Positions 10,795 to 24,071 of a stretch of DNA of 64,000 nucleotides are shown here, one piece after another. Made by a program: the position numbers and the translations under genes. Every line of letters starts with the position of its first letter. Positions within the stretch are counted from its first letter, which is position 1. The DNA comes from Heteronotia binoei (lineage: Eukaryota), in assembly GCF_032191835.1 (NCBI RefSeq), contig NC_083243.1, forward strand, positions 44,950,001-45,014,000, written 5' to 3'. The notes under the pieces are model-generated. The model did not search any database, was not told where the DNA came from, and saw only the letters and a list, made by a program, of their open reading frames with translations.

Positions 10795-11030
10795 TGATGG
10801 GGAAATGGCTCCACATACACATATATGCACAGAAACCTGCCTCCTTGGACAGTGCTGGCCCTGCAAAGAGCAACAGGCCATGCTGCTGCTGATGAGAAAG
10901 CGGCTCCACACACACACAAACACACATACGCACACATGCTCCACCTCCCCGACAGCATTGACCCTGCAAAGAGCAATGGGCCATGCTGCTGCCAATGGGG
11001 AAACAGCTCCACACACACACACACCTGCCT
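10795..11030 (+). repeat. Minisatellite cluster 2 (3 units)
   Basis: Same core unit as 9541-9690, with variable CA-rich spacers. Confidence 0.8.
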
Positions 11031-11454
11031 AAGGTGAGGTATGCTCCTTAATGAAATAGCCCAATGTTCACACTGAAAATGAGAAGCTTAATGCTATGAT
11101 AAGAGAATGTAGAACAGGGTTTCTAAACAACTGAGCCATTAAAACTGAGGAAGGAATTGAAACATCATCAAAATCTGGAGAGATGTCTTAAGAAAGTGGC
11201 TGCATTGAAGCTACGTTCCTTAGGAGCACCCACCTTGAGAATTTCAGTTGGACTGTTTCCAAGTTTGGACATATCTATTCATTTGGGGATGGGGTTTTTT
11301 GGCCCCCTTGGGGTTTCTGTTCCTTTAAAAGGCCTCAACACCGCTGGCCTCTTATCAATATTGTATTGTTTATTATGTGTTGTACACAATCCTTGTAATA
11401 TATTTTTGCAAACTGTAAGACGGTGTATTACTTGGTGTATTACTTGTTCAGTCT

Positions 11455-11472
11455 GCCAACAGGGAAATGGCT

Positions 11473-11508
<36 letters not shown>

Positions 11509-11760
11509 GCCTCCCCAGACAGTGCTGGCCCTGCAAAGACCAATGGGACATGCTGCTGCCAATGGGGAAATGTTTCCACACATACATACCTGCCTCCACG
11601 GACAGTGCTGGCCCTGCAAAGACCAATGGGCCACATCGTTGCCGATGGGGAAACGGTTCCACAAACAAAAACACCCTGCCTCCCTGGACAGTTCTGGCCC
11701 TGCAAAGAGCACTGGGCTGTGCTGCCACAAATGGGGAGATGGTTCTCTACATACATGCAC
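11455..11760 (+). repeat. Minisatellite cluster 3 (about 4 units)
   Basis: Same core unit; includes a (CA)~15 spacer. Confidence 0.8.
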
Positions 11761-12984
11761 TCCAGCTGCTGCCTGGCGAGTGAAGTGCTGCTGCTGGGGT
11801 GGCAAGGAGCAGCATGACTGGGTGCCAATAGTGCCCTGCCCTGCTCAGCCAACAGCAGTGACACTTCCTGCCTCCTGCACAGGCAGCCTGGCCAGAGTGG
11901 AAGGAGGGCGCCGCAGGCCTCCTGCTCTCCATCCCACTCAAAAAAAGTCCTGGAGTGGCTCGAGTCACATGGGGGGGGGGTGCCTAATTCAGCAGCACTC
12001 CAAGGTCAGCATCCTAGGCAAATGCCTTTTTTGCCTAGTGGTAGAGTCGGCCCTGGTGCCAAGCATAACTTATTTGTTCCTTCCAAGGGATGGCTCTTGC
12101 AGTTTGCAATACCCTCCAAGAAAAGTTCCTTTCCCATTTGCTTTTCTCAGAAAGAGCTGGGCAATTAAGTGGCTTCTTTCTTTATTTTACTGCATAGTTG
12201 CTGATTCTTGTATATTTGCTTGTACATTTTATCTTGTATGTCTCTGTGTGTATGTGTTTTAATTTGGTAAATGTAATTTTTTTTTCTGTTCTGGTAAACC
12301 AACATTAATTATTTTGGAAAGGCAGGATTTATTTTCTTTGAAAAAGACAGAAAGAAACAAATAATTAAAGACCGATGTGAAGGTATTCCCCCCCCCCCCC
12401 CACTCACACACACACGCTTTATGGCTTATAGGGCAAAACTAGAGAAAAGCTTAGATAGCTTCTTTTTGTAAATACCAGACATGAAGTGGCCTCATTTTGT
12501 ATCAGAGCCATGATACAGCAGAGGGGAAGTTTGATAATTTAACCTGTACATTTTCACCACCTTAGATGGCCTACTGGCAAACTGCAAACATGAATGTCAG
12601 GCTTGTTTTTTTAAAACCAAAAAAACCCAAAACCCTTTTCTACAGCTGATGATGAAATCCACTCTAAATTGGGACACACTAGGAACCCTATCATGATTAA
12701 AAAGCAGTGTGCCATTAATTACAAAGGATGTTGCCATGTTTTAACATTTCACTGGGGATGATCAATACCCACACAGCTTTGCTACCAATTTGATCAGGAC
12801 AATAATGTAACTCAGGCTATTGAAATGTCCTTCCAAAAGCCTCGATTCTATTATGTAACTAATACTGCCTTCAGCATACTTTCTCCACTTCTGGAGACTT
12901 CTCTGATTCATTATTTGAAAATTTTACTGGGAGTTCTCATTGTTCAGTCTTGTCCTCATGCATTTCATCATCTATGAAAAGCTA

Positions 12985-13510
12985 CTGGTAGAGGTTACCC
13001 AGAGATTTGGTCTGAGTTGCCAGTCCAACCAATATGCAGATGTCTTATCCTTCACCAGGGAGGCTGTGGAAACTGTAAACAAGTGCTTGGGGGCAGTTTT
13101 TGAATGGATGAGGATTAGCAAACCAAAACTTAATCCTGAGAAAATGGAGGTACTATTGGTGATGGGGGAGGAATGGTTTAAACCAGGAAATGGGATATCT
13201 CCTGTTCTGGATGGGGTTGCATTGCACCTAAAGGAGGGGTCTTTAACCTGCCCACACATTCTGGTCCTCTTGGGAAGGCCTGCATTGGGAGCCCCTACCA
13301 TCCGAACCTACACAGATAGCAACCTGGAAAAAGGCCTTTTTGATCTTGGCACCAAAACTTTGAGACTCCTTCCCCAGATTTGTCTGCCTCCTTTTATTGT
13401 TTTATTCTGCCAGCGGGTGAAGACATTTTGTGTTTTGTTTGGAATATCATCAATAGCACCATGGTTTGGTGCTTTAAATTTTTTTTATGTAATTATTTTA
13501 TATTGTAGGA
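12985..13510 (+). mobile_element. Decayed, internally deleted L2 RT fragment
   Basis: QYAD..., CLGAVFEWMRISKPKLNPEKMEVLLV, PVLDGVALHLKE resemble L2 RT domains 5-7. Confidence 0.75.
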
Positions 13511-13649
13511 ATAAAGCCTGATGTGGAGGAAAATACAACAGACTCTAGAAAGAGGCTCTGGGCGAGTGCCCCTCACCCTTGCTGTCTTCCCACCCACCCA
13601 AGTGAAGGCATTCACTTCCCCCACCCCTATGGGATCTGATGTCTATCTA

Positions 13650-14166
13650 GGCTTCCCAATCCCCAGGTCCCAGCGGGTGATCCCCTGGTTTTACAGGCTT
13701 CCCCCCTCCCCCAGCCAGCTGGCCAGCGGGGGAAGCCCCACCCCCACAGCCATTATGCACCTTCACGAACGATTCCCATAGGGAATGATGAGGAATTGAT
13801 CTGCAGGTATCGGGGGCTCTGGGGGGGCTGTTTTTTGAGGTAGAGGTGCCAAACGTTCAGTATAGCATCTAGTGCCTCTCCCCAAAATACCTCCCAATTT
13901 TCAAAAGGATTGGACCAGGGGGTCCAATTCTATGAGCCCCAAAAGAAGGTGCCCCTATCCTTCATTATTTTCCATGGAAGGAAGGCATTCTAAAAGGTGT
14001 GCTGTCCCTTTAAATGTGATGGCCAGAACTCCCTTGGAGTTCATTTATGCTTGTCACACCCTTGCTCCTGGCTCCGCCCCCAATGTCTCCTGGCTCCACC
14101 CCCAAAGTCTCCTGGCTCCACCCCCAAAGTGCCCAGATATTTCTTGAATTGGACTTGGCAACCCTA
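13650..14166 (-). mobile_element. Non-autonomous DNA element ending TTGGCAACCCTA (TAGGGTTGCCA terminus, hAT-Blackjack-like)
   Basis: Terminus and GGGGTGGAGCC subterminal repeats are shared with 44848-44940. Confidence 0.5.
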
Positions 14167-14399
14167 TGTCTATCATCTGGAAAGCAGTTGTAATTCTGAG
14201 TGATCTCCAGTCCTCACCTGGAGATTAAACACCAAAACCCCTCCCCAAGTAAATACAAAATGCAAATAATAAACTAATATCTGTGTTTTACTAACAAATC
14301 CAAACAGTAACTTCTACAGTAATAACAATAATCAAGAAATAATACAGTGAGAAATCCAACCGAAACACACAGTACTGCTTCTTTCTTTGTGTGACAAAT

Positions 14400-15450
14400 T
14401 GTCCGAAGCAATTATATTATCTAATTAAAGTTTGATGATGAGAGAACCGGTCCAATATCGTTTCAGATCTGTAATCCCTCTTCCTGGGACCATCTTCTCA
14501 AATGCTGAATCCAGTAGGTAGGTAGTGCTATTAATCAATTGTTACAATTCACTTTGTATCATTCCTCTGTAAAGATATATAAAAATATTTCATACTGACT
14601 GGACAACTTAATCTCTCTCGGCTTGGCTTCGCGAACGAAGATTTAAGAAGGGTGCAATAGTCCACGTTTGCTGCAGGCTCGCTGGTGGCTGACAAGACCA
14701 ATGTGGGACAGGCAGGTCCGGCCACAGCGGCTGCAGGGAAAAGTCTGATTTGGGGTTGGTGCTGTAGCAGTGCGATTCTTCCTCAATCTCCTTTTGTCCT
14801 CAAGACCAGCTATGCGTGTGTTCTCAAAGGAAGAGACAGCCTGGTGGATGGTGTGCCTCCATGCTTTGCGATCTGAGGCTAGGTCAGACCACTGGTGAGT
14901 TTACTAACCTTGGCTTTCTCCATTATGTTTAAATTTCCTTGTGGAACATCTCAGCAATATTACCATCATGTCTGCATAAGAAAGTGTTCAAGTTCCTATG
15001 AGTTTAGACAAGTCTAAAAGCCTGAAGGCTAGTTGTGCTCACATGTTTACAAAATGGAATCATTATTTTAAAGTTATACCAGCCTCCTTTATAGCCATCA
15101 ATATTTTAAAACCATCAAAGCTTGATTATAAGTTAATATTATTATGCTTTTGCAATACTGTGGTACTAAATAGTACCTACAATTTTTTTAAATTAAATTT
15201 AATACTATATATTAGATGTTATAACCTTTTATCTCTATTTATTATTATACAAAATGAATTATAATGACTGTATATTTACAAATTCATAAAAACATAATAA
15301 ATCAAATTCCTGATTTACTCCTCTGGGTTCTAAAGACTGAAATTTGTGTATAAATTTTGCTTCCTGTTGTAGCAGCACTTTTTGTATATCCTGTTTATTA
15401 TAAGGATACACAATGCTAAATCTCAAGTCCTCTGCATCATGTGCTGGATC
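14400..15450 (-). mobile_element. Penelope-like element remnant (GIY-YIG endonuclease C-terminus and AT-rich 3' region), interrupted by an RTE
   Basis: Minus frame HDAEDLRFSIV...LLQQEAKFIHKFQSLEPRGVNQEFDLLCFY resembles the PLE endonuclease C-terminal motif (E..WI..L....P.GLN...DL.CF). Confidence 0.7.
14612..14898 (-). mobile_element. RTE LINE 3' fragment
   Basis: 4 mismatches in ~285 bp versus the 3' end of 24072-25608; (GA)n tail. Confidence 0.92.
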
Positions 15451-15858
15451 TGGAGAAAGTACATGATGGCTGCTTACAGACAACTGGCTCAGGGCAGCAT
15501 CAAGCCGACCTGGAAGTGAGCTGGCCAGAAAAGGAGTGCTCAGGATCATGCAGATGGCACGCAGCCTACCCCCAGAACAGGGACAGACTATGGGTGCCCT
15601 GGAAGAATATCCAGAGTGCTCATGCACCTGTCTGCCACTCCCTGGGCACTTCCTGGCCATCCAGACGACTGGGGAGGTGCTTCAGAGCTGCCTCAGATAT
15701 TAGGTGCCACTTTGGAAGTGGTACCTTTCTGAGGCGGCTCCCATCTGAGCCAGGATGGGGTGAGTACAGGATGGAGACAGCAGACAGATGTGTGCATTTG
15801 GATGGACTTTTTAGATCGGCTCTCCTGCTGTCCCTGGGGTGGCTTAAACCACCCAGAG

Positions 15859-16124
15859 CCAGTTTGGTGTAGTGGTTAAGTGTGCGGACTCTTATCTGGG
15901 AGATTCCCCATTCCTCCACTTGCACCTGCTGGAATGGCCTTGGGTTAGCCATAGCTATCGCAGGACTTGTCCTTGAAAGGGCAGCTGCTGTGAGAGCCCT
16001 CTCAGCCCCACCCACCTCATAGAGTGTCTGTTGTGGGAAGAGAAGATATAGGAGATTGTATGTCGCTCTGAGTCTCTGTTTTAGAAAGAAGGGCAGAGTA
16101 TAAATCTGCAGTCTTCTTCTTCTT
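15859..16124 (+). mobile_element. Squam3-like SINE
   Basis: Same head, body and (TCT)n tail as 5553-5830. Confidence 0.8.
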
Positions 16125-17938
16125 CCATCTGTAATTAGCAGCTGCTGCTCAAATGGAAAAAGCTGGGTAGAAATTGACCTAGGAACCCTATTTAAACAGC
16201 TGTTATATTGTTGTATAAGGTATAAATATAACTAACATAGCAATAAAATCAACTACAGGGTGAGATGGAATAGGCTTAGAGGAACTATTGGACCTAGTGG
16301 AATAGGAAAACACACACACATAAACCATTTATAATATTTTGTCTGGTCCTAGTTATTAGCATGGTCACATTTTGTTTAAATAATAATTATATATATGTGC
16401 ACATATATTTGCTCTCCACACAGCAAGTCATTGGAGGGGAATTTGTCATCCACCCTGTTGAGCACAAAGACATAACTGAAAACCCATTTCTGACAGATTT
16501 CATGTTTTACACTATGTGATGCCACCATGTGGGAGGTCAGCATCTTGTCTGCTTTCAAGACATCACCCTATTTCATTGTAACAAATAGACTGCAAACCCT
16601 AATGAATGCATTGATTCATCTTCCTCTAACAGATTTACCCTTAGATAATAGATCTAGTTCTCTGTTAGCTTTAAAAGGCAGCATCTAGACTAGGCCTCCT
16701 AACAGCTTAATCAATCACGGATGTTTTCAGCCTCCACTAAGCCTATTTGGCTAGCCCCAGTCTTAACTTAAATCTTTCCAATGTATATATGTGACAGTGT
16801 GCAACCAATTCATCAGCAAACTCTAGTCCATATTTCGCATTTAAAACAACATCTGATTCGGCCCTGAATAAGCTTAACTCAACGCATATCATGTAAACTG
16901 AATTGGTATTGCAGAATTGGGACACCACACTTGAGAGATATGCAGAGCCATCCTCTGTGTGCCTACTTGGAAATAAGACTCTTTGAGCTCAATAAGACTC
17001 ACTCATTCGTAAGTATGTCATTTAAAATTCAATGTGTGTGACAAATTAATATCAGTTCCTTGAGACGTTACCTTCCTTGCTAATTCCCCTTTTGTACGTA
17101 GACTCAAACATATCTAAAAGGGCTATGGCTCAGTGGGAGGGCATCTGCTTGGCATGCAGAAAGTTCCTTGTTCAGTCCCTGGTATCTTCAGTTAAAAGGA
17201 TCAGGTAGTTGGTAATATGAAAGTTCTTGACCTGAGACTGTGGGAGCTGTTGCCAGTCTGAGTAGCAATACTGACCACCATGAACTAATAGTGTGATTCA
17301 CAGACAGGTCCGCGTGTTCTAGTAAGACATTGTTTTTGAAATGTGTCATTCAAGCTAATTTGCAATCAACTCATGAGCTGAATCACCAGTAGCAGCTTGC
17401 ATATGGTGGTGGAAAGTGCTGTGAAGTTGCAACTGACAAGGGGACACTATAAGGTTTTCAAGGCAAGAGATAAAACTGGTTCACCATTGCCTGCTTTTGC
17501 ATAATGACCAGAGACTAACTGTTTTGTTATAAGAAGTTTTGTAAGTTTTGTATAAGAAGAACTGTTTTGTTTTTCCCTCCTCCACTATTTCTCCCTTCCC
17601 TTCCCTGAAAGCCTCCATAGACTGTCTCCCTTTCCTGCTTCCATCTCTACTTCCCATATACCAGCTAACTTCCCACTTTACCTGCCCCACTGTCTTCAGC
17701 TTTCCTTATTTCTCTGTCCAAGGCAGTCTCAACCCAGGAAAAGTATGGCCCGGTTGTGCTATGACAGCCACTGGGCTGGCGCCATGGTGGGGAATCTGCA
17801 AGGACTTGAAGGGGGTACCTTATTGTTCCCTGAATCCCATTCCCCACACTTCCTCTTTTCCTCCTCCAGGGAACCCTCATATCCTCACCTTTCCCTGCTT
17901 CCTCCTCTCCTTCGCAGCCACTAACCATCCTACCTTTT

Positions 17939-18250
17939 GAGCAAAGCAGAGTCATGTAGCACCTTTAAGATCAACAGAGTTTTATTCAGAATGTAAGCTT
18001 TTGTGTGCTCTAAGCACACTCCATCAGACAGTAGGATGGAAAGGCAAGCAGTCCTAAATATAGAGAAAGTGGGCAGTGAATCAGCATGCTAAGGGACATT
18101 TCCATGATTTTGCATGCTGATTCACTGCCCACTTTCTCTATATTTAGGACTGCTTGCTGTTCCATCCTACTGTCTGATGAAGTGTGCTTAGCACACACGA
18201 AATAAAACTTTGTTGGTCTTAAAGATGCTACTTGACTCTGCTTTGTTCTA
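17939..18250. mobile_element. Penelope-like inverted pLTR pair, each arm with a decayed hammerhead ribozyme motif
   Basis: Long imperfect inverted repeat around a spacer at ~18100-18121. Termini GTAGCACCTTTAAGA.CAAC...TTTTATT match other copies in the window. CTGATG(A/G)-stem-(G/A)AAA motifs in both arms. Confidence 0.75.
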
Positions 18251-20197
18251 CTGGATCCATCCTACCATCTCTCCATCTTCAGCTATATTTATTATTTACT
18301 TCATTCGTACCATACCTTTCTTCACAAAGGGACCCAAAACAATTTACATCATTCTCCTTGTTTCAATTTTAACCCCACAACTATTCTATGAAGGAACTTA
18401 AGCTAGGAGTGCATAACTGGCCCAAGGTCATGCAGTGAACTTCCATGGCAGAGCGGTGATTGAAACCTGAGTCTCCCAGATCTTAGTCTGAAACTCTAAC
18501 CACTAAGAATGTGTACCTGAAAAATAATGGTACATTTTGGCTTTCAGGAAGGATCTAAATACTGGTATTCAATGATATTTGGGTGCCCCAGGACCATTTC
18601 AGGGATTCAGGTTAAATTTCTTCTTGGATAACTTAATTTGGGCTCCATTATTCCCTATGGAGGATTTTTTCAGGGGGAGCTGGACTGGCTGTTTTTCAGA
18701 CAAATGATACCAAAATTGTAGGGGTTCTAGTGCTACCTATCCACTGAACACATGCCACATTTCAAGTGAATTGGACTATGAGGTCCATTATATGCATCGC
18801 TGAGCAAAGTGCTTCCAGCCATTCCACTTTCAGAGCTGTGAACTGGTAAGGGGGGGGGGGGGATGAGCCCCACCACCACAAGAACTCCACCACCACAAAA
18901 GATGGAGGGAAGGAGAAGAAGCCAGCTAGATCTGCTGTCATTCATTATTCTCTGTGGACAGACTTGTGGGGAGAGGGGGGCTGGAGTAGATGTTTTCAAC
19001 CAAATAACACCAACATTGTAGGGAAGCTAATGCTGCCTGTTCACTAAAGAACTCCCAGATTTCAAGTGAACTGAACAAGATGCCACCAGTCAGCTTACTT
19101 GCAGAGCTGAGAACCAGGAGGGAAAAAGAAAAAACTCCCCACAAAGGAAAGCGAGATGGGAAGGAGCCATGCATCCAGATTCTCAATTCTGCTAGGCCCT
19201 GTACCCAACACGCATCAGCCAGGAGCAGTCCTTCACACACTGGGTGAAACTTGTGCTGGCTGGAAGTCACCTTCTCCAGGCCTGGCGACATTCACCAGAT
19301 TGGATCCAACTGAAAATGAGAAATACCACTGCTGGAGAAATTTGGAGAACCAAAGAAAAATCATACCTGTTGCTGCAGATTAGAAGCACCTGAAGAAGAA
19401 AAAGTACATGGATTGGGGAAGAGGCATTTTTCATAATGTCCAAGGATCCCAGATTTGTGTAACCATTCTGGAAAATCACAATTTTGGCTCAGGGATGTTT
19501 ATAATCAGCCAAACCACTAGGTACAAGCCTGCATGCTAGTTCCTACTCCTTGTGTCAAGTTCCAGCTCCTAGCTGTCAGCACTTATCACTTAGACCTCAG
19601 AGCACTGCTCCAGAGGAGACCAGCACCTTGTAGCGAATCCAGTATATTATTGGCAGCCAGTTCCTGCAGCCCCAGCTGTATGTGCTGCCTCTTGGGGAGC
19701 CCCAATAACAGCCTAGCTTTGTGGTAAGGGCCAAGCTTTGTGGCAGCATCCTCCTGGCTGCCGCAAAGATGTCATCATATTTAGTTTGGGCTCAAATGTT
19801 GATTAAAACAATGAAAAGCCCCCTGGTAGCTGGAGAGAGGAAATGGCCATGCTAGGGACAAGGTGGGAAACCCATGATGTTATGGGGAGGCAGGAAAAAG
19901 AAAACACTTCCCAACAGCATTGAGCCCAAGGCAAATAACCCATGTGGAAAGTGCCTTAGCTTTCTTTAGAGTCATGTGAAAGCAAAGGCTGAGTTTCAGT
20001 GGGAAAAGTAACAGGTATGTGCTTGTAATTTCATGGAGAAACCAGTCAGTGGAGGGAAAGAACAGGTATATCTTGTCTAGGATATCAGCAGCCTAAACTG
20101 GAATGTGGAGAATTTCTCCTCTAATTCCCTTTCAGACATAAGAACATAAGAGAATCCATGTGGGATCAGGCCAATGGCCCATCCAGTCCAACACTCT

Positions 20198-20484
20198 GGT
20201 CGTTTTCGCACTCACCTCCAGCCGGCGCGACCCCCCTCTTCATCGAGCAGGATCTGCGCGGATTTCGCACTAAATGCCGCGGAGCAGCCTTTTGTGCCGG
20301 AAACTCCCATCGCAAAAGCCGCTCAAACGTAAATCGCCAAAAAGCAATTTGGCGTTTGAGCGGCTTTTGCACCGGGAGTTTCCGGCACAAAAGGCTGCTC
20401 CACGGCATTTAGTGCGAAATCCGCACAGATCCTGTGTGGTGAAGAGGGGGGTCGCGCCGGCTGGAGGTGAGTGCGAAAACGACC
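20198..20484. mobile_element. Palindromic PIF/Harbinger-like MITE, subfamily A (287 bp)
   Basis: GGTCGTTTTCGCACTCACC...GGTGAGTGCGAAAACGACC, TSD TCT (20195-20197, 20485-20487). Confidence 0.88.
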
Positions 20485-20507
20485 TCTGTATCACACAGTG
20501 GCCAGAA

Positions 20508-20508
<1 letters not shown>

Positions 20509-20592
<84 letters not shown>
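20509..20592. repeat. (TA)n/(TACACA)n compound microsatellite
   Basis: Direct reading. Confidence 0.95.
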
Positions 20593-20593
<1 letters not shown>

Positions 20594-23500
20594 TGTGGCT
20601 AATAGCCACTGATGGACCTCTGCTCCATATTTTTATCTAACCCCCTCTTGAAGCTGGCTATGCTTGCAGCCGCCACCACCTCCTGTGGCAGTGAATTCCA
20701 CATGTTAATCACCCTTTGGATGAAGAATTACCTCCTTTTATCCATTCTAACCCGACTGCTCAGCAATTTCATTGAATGCCCACGAGTTCTTGTATTGTGA
20801 GAAAGGGAGAAAAGTACTTCTTTCTCTACCTTCTCCATCCCATGCATAATCTTGTAAACCTCTATCAAGTCACCCTGCGGTCGACGTTTCTCCAAGCTAA
20901 AGAGCCCCAAGCCCATGCATAATCTTGTAAACCTCTATCAAGTCACCCCGCGGTCCACGTTTCTCCAAGCTAAAGAGCCCCAAGCGTTTTAACCTTTCTT
21001 CATAGGGAAAGTGTTCCAAACCTGGAATCATTCTAGTTGCTCTTTTCTACACTTTTTCTAATGTTATAATATCCTTTTTGAGGTGCGGTGACATCTAGAG
21101 AGGTATCTAAGGGGCTGTTTGTATAGTGATTCACTGGGAGGACTGTAGCTACCAGCCTGCAGAGAGACTCATACATAAAACCCAGCTTTGAATGGTAGAT
21201 GTAATTATCTAACAATGTCATGGTAAACCTGATAAAACTACATCATAGAAAACAGGACAAAGTCAGACAGAAGATTCATCAATACTTTAATGAACATTTT
21301 CACACTCTTGCTGCTACTATAGTGTCCTTGAGAGTCAAGTGCCCTGGGGATAGAACACAGAGCCCAGCTGGGTCAGATCGGTGATGCATGTGCTGTTTCT
21401 GACTGACCACATGCCACATAGAGCCAAAAAACCCAGGACATACAGACCAAGGCCTTCCCCTGATGCTGCCTTCCAGCACTAGTATTCAGATGTTTACTGG
21501 CTCTGAATATACAGTTTCCCCTTAGTCACCATGGCTAGTAGCCACTGATAGACCCATTATCCATTTATTTATTTAAATATGTTAATTGTTTTAATCTCTT
21601 TTTAAAGCCAAACAAAACAATGCAATATGAATGTCAGAATTCTATATCCATCCTTTCCCCCACAAAACTAAACCTTACTTTGACTTACTAAGCAGACAGA
21701 CCAAATAAACTGTATCATATGTTGAACTATACTCAAAATGGACACTGAGGGCACAATAGGTGGTTCTGGTTGCATTAAAAAAACCAATAAAATGTTTTGC
21801 AAGGACATTAATTTCTTCCTTTATATTTTAGATGAATAAAGCAAATTGACATCCCCCCACAATTGTGTCATAAAATGGAAGCAAGATGCTAACAAAAGCC
21901 AGGTTTTAATATAATATGATAGAATGGTATAGATGGAATAGAAAGGGAGAGTTTCAACTGAATGGTCTGTCATAATTGAAATCTATTTGCAGCTTCTTCA
22001 AGGAGGCAGAGACCTTTCCTCAAGGAAATGTTATTGTCCTTGAAGACAATCTCACTTAGGTTCTTATGAGATTAAAATGTGCAGGTCTATGAGCTGCCAT
22101 TCATGACACAAGGACATGGATTACTCTCAAGCTGCAGGTTTGTACTGATGTTCAAAGAAATAATTGTGGTAGGGTGTTTCATAGGCAACATGCTCATTAA
22201 AACCACGGGCCACAAACCTAGACAATGTCAGGTTGTTCTTGGTATGTAATTCCACTGCATTAGCACCTATGGTAGAATACTGAACAGGAGATTTAACTCA
22301 GAGGTGCCTTATTGCATTACCGGCACTCTAGATACAGAAGTTTGAGCAACTGCTTCACTGCATTAAAATCTTTTGTCAGGCTAGAGTTTTAGCAATGAAG
22401 ATTTCCTAATAAGGTCTGCAACGCAAAATAAAAGCAGAAAAAAGAGCATTTTATTTTGTTTGTTTGAATAATCCATGTTATCTTTTAATAAGGAGATTGC
22501 TGGTGGGGTGATGGTGGATCTTCAATATCTCGTAAGATTAGACATATTCCATCCCTATCATTCTTCCTTGTCTCTTTGCAATCTGCACACAAGGTGACTT
22601 CCATCCATCTTAATTAAAATATAACATATAATAAACAATGGCAACACTTTAAGAGACCTGCATTAAAATGGGTAATCGCACAGCATTGAAATTAATGGGA
22701 ATATGCATTAGCACTGACTTGTTTCCCTGTAGAATAGGCCACATGGGACAGATCTCTCTCTGTCTTCCACTTGATGCCCTTGATGGTGACCAGCATCTAA
22801 TGCCTGAAGCAGCTGCTTCTCCTCAAGTTATCACAGGACATCCTAACTTTTTCTTACTATGAGGATCAAGGGATAAAACAGAACACAGAGATAAGTGGTG
22901 GCAAGATGAAGATGAAGAAGGATGCAGTGATGTCCAGTAGGTGGAACATGCAATGACATTCAACTGCTGCAGATGTAACGCTATCAAGGACATCCAGTTC
23001 AATGCGGTAGCAATTCAATAGGAAGGATGGCACACATATGAAGTCTCTAATTGCCTCAGTTTTACAGGAAAGGTGCTGTAAATCTTTGAACAGCTGTAAA
23101 GGAACCCTGGAGCACCTGTTCTTTTGCAAGGAAAAAAGAGAAAGAGGAGACATCTTATGGGAAGAAAATGCAGCACCTTATCTAAAATGAGGCTTGTTTA
23201 TGGTGCTTTAACAGTCCCAGTAGCTGTTTCTTTTGCACCTATTTCCCATCTTGCCCTGCATCCCATGGGAGAAGCAGTACTGTGAATTGAGTGCTGTGCC
23301 AAAGCAACACCTGTGCTTAACTGGATAACAAACACCTATAAAAAAATCTAAATTTGTGCATGGCACTTTCATTGATCCCATATGCCAATTTATAAGAAAA
23401 TATTGCCCAAGCCATCTGGTCCAATTAAACCAACCTGTTACCACGGCTTAGGGTATTTTAGAGAGTGATAAGATACATCACTACATATTATCTGAATTAA

Positions 23501-24071
23501 CTTTCTCCAATACTAAGGGCTATCTGCCAGTGGTATCCCACAGTGCTACTCCAGGTTAAGATGTTGGGAACTAGTTGTAAACCACTGATTTTGGCTGGGG
23601 AGTCACATGAAAAGATGGATTCTGCCAGTTCCATAGGGTTGGAGAAGCACTATGAGGTCATGAAAATATCTGCACCAGTTATGCACACATAACAGTTTTT
23701 TTAATTTAATATGTATACCCCATCTTTTAGCCCCTAAAATACTGCAATATAGCTAAATAAAATGTAAAATGAGACACTACTAAATATGGCAGCTGGAATT
23801 AATCAAGATGGAACCAAAATAGCAGCAGAATTATTATTATTATTTTCTAAAGCTCTTAGCCAGTGTCTCCCCAAAATTGTGAAAGAATGATCCTGTTAGT
23901 CCTCTGCTAGATAATGAGTTTAAGAGGGTAGGAATCACCACCAAAAAGGCCTTGCTGCATGTGGCAATTGCCAGACTAACCTACTAAAGAAGAACCTCAT
24001 TAATATTCCTCTGAGATTTTTATGTTTGGGTCCCAAGCTGACTGTGGATAATTCATTTGCATTTCCAATCT

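Larger units (their letters stand above)
20137..21110 (-). mobile_element. CR1 3' fragment / CR1-tail element, interrupted by a MITE and a microsatellite, with a 73-bp tandem duplication
   Basis: Minus peptide [29 protein letters not shown]...TRTRGHSMKL, tail CATAAGAACATAAG, duplication 20839-20911/20912-20984. Confidence 0.8.

Noticed and set aside
9541-11760. CRISPR-like repeat-spacer appearance
   Set aside because: Vertebrate context, no cas genes, and spacers are (CA)n slippage products.
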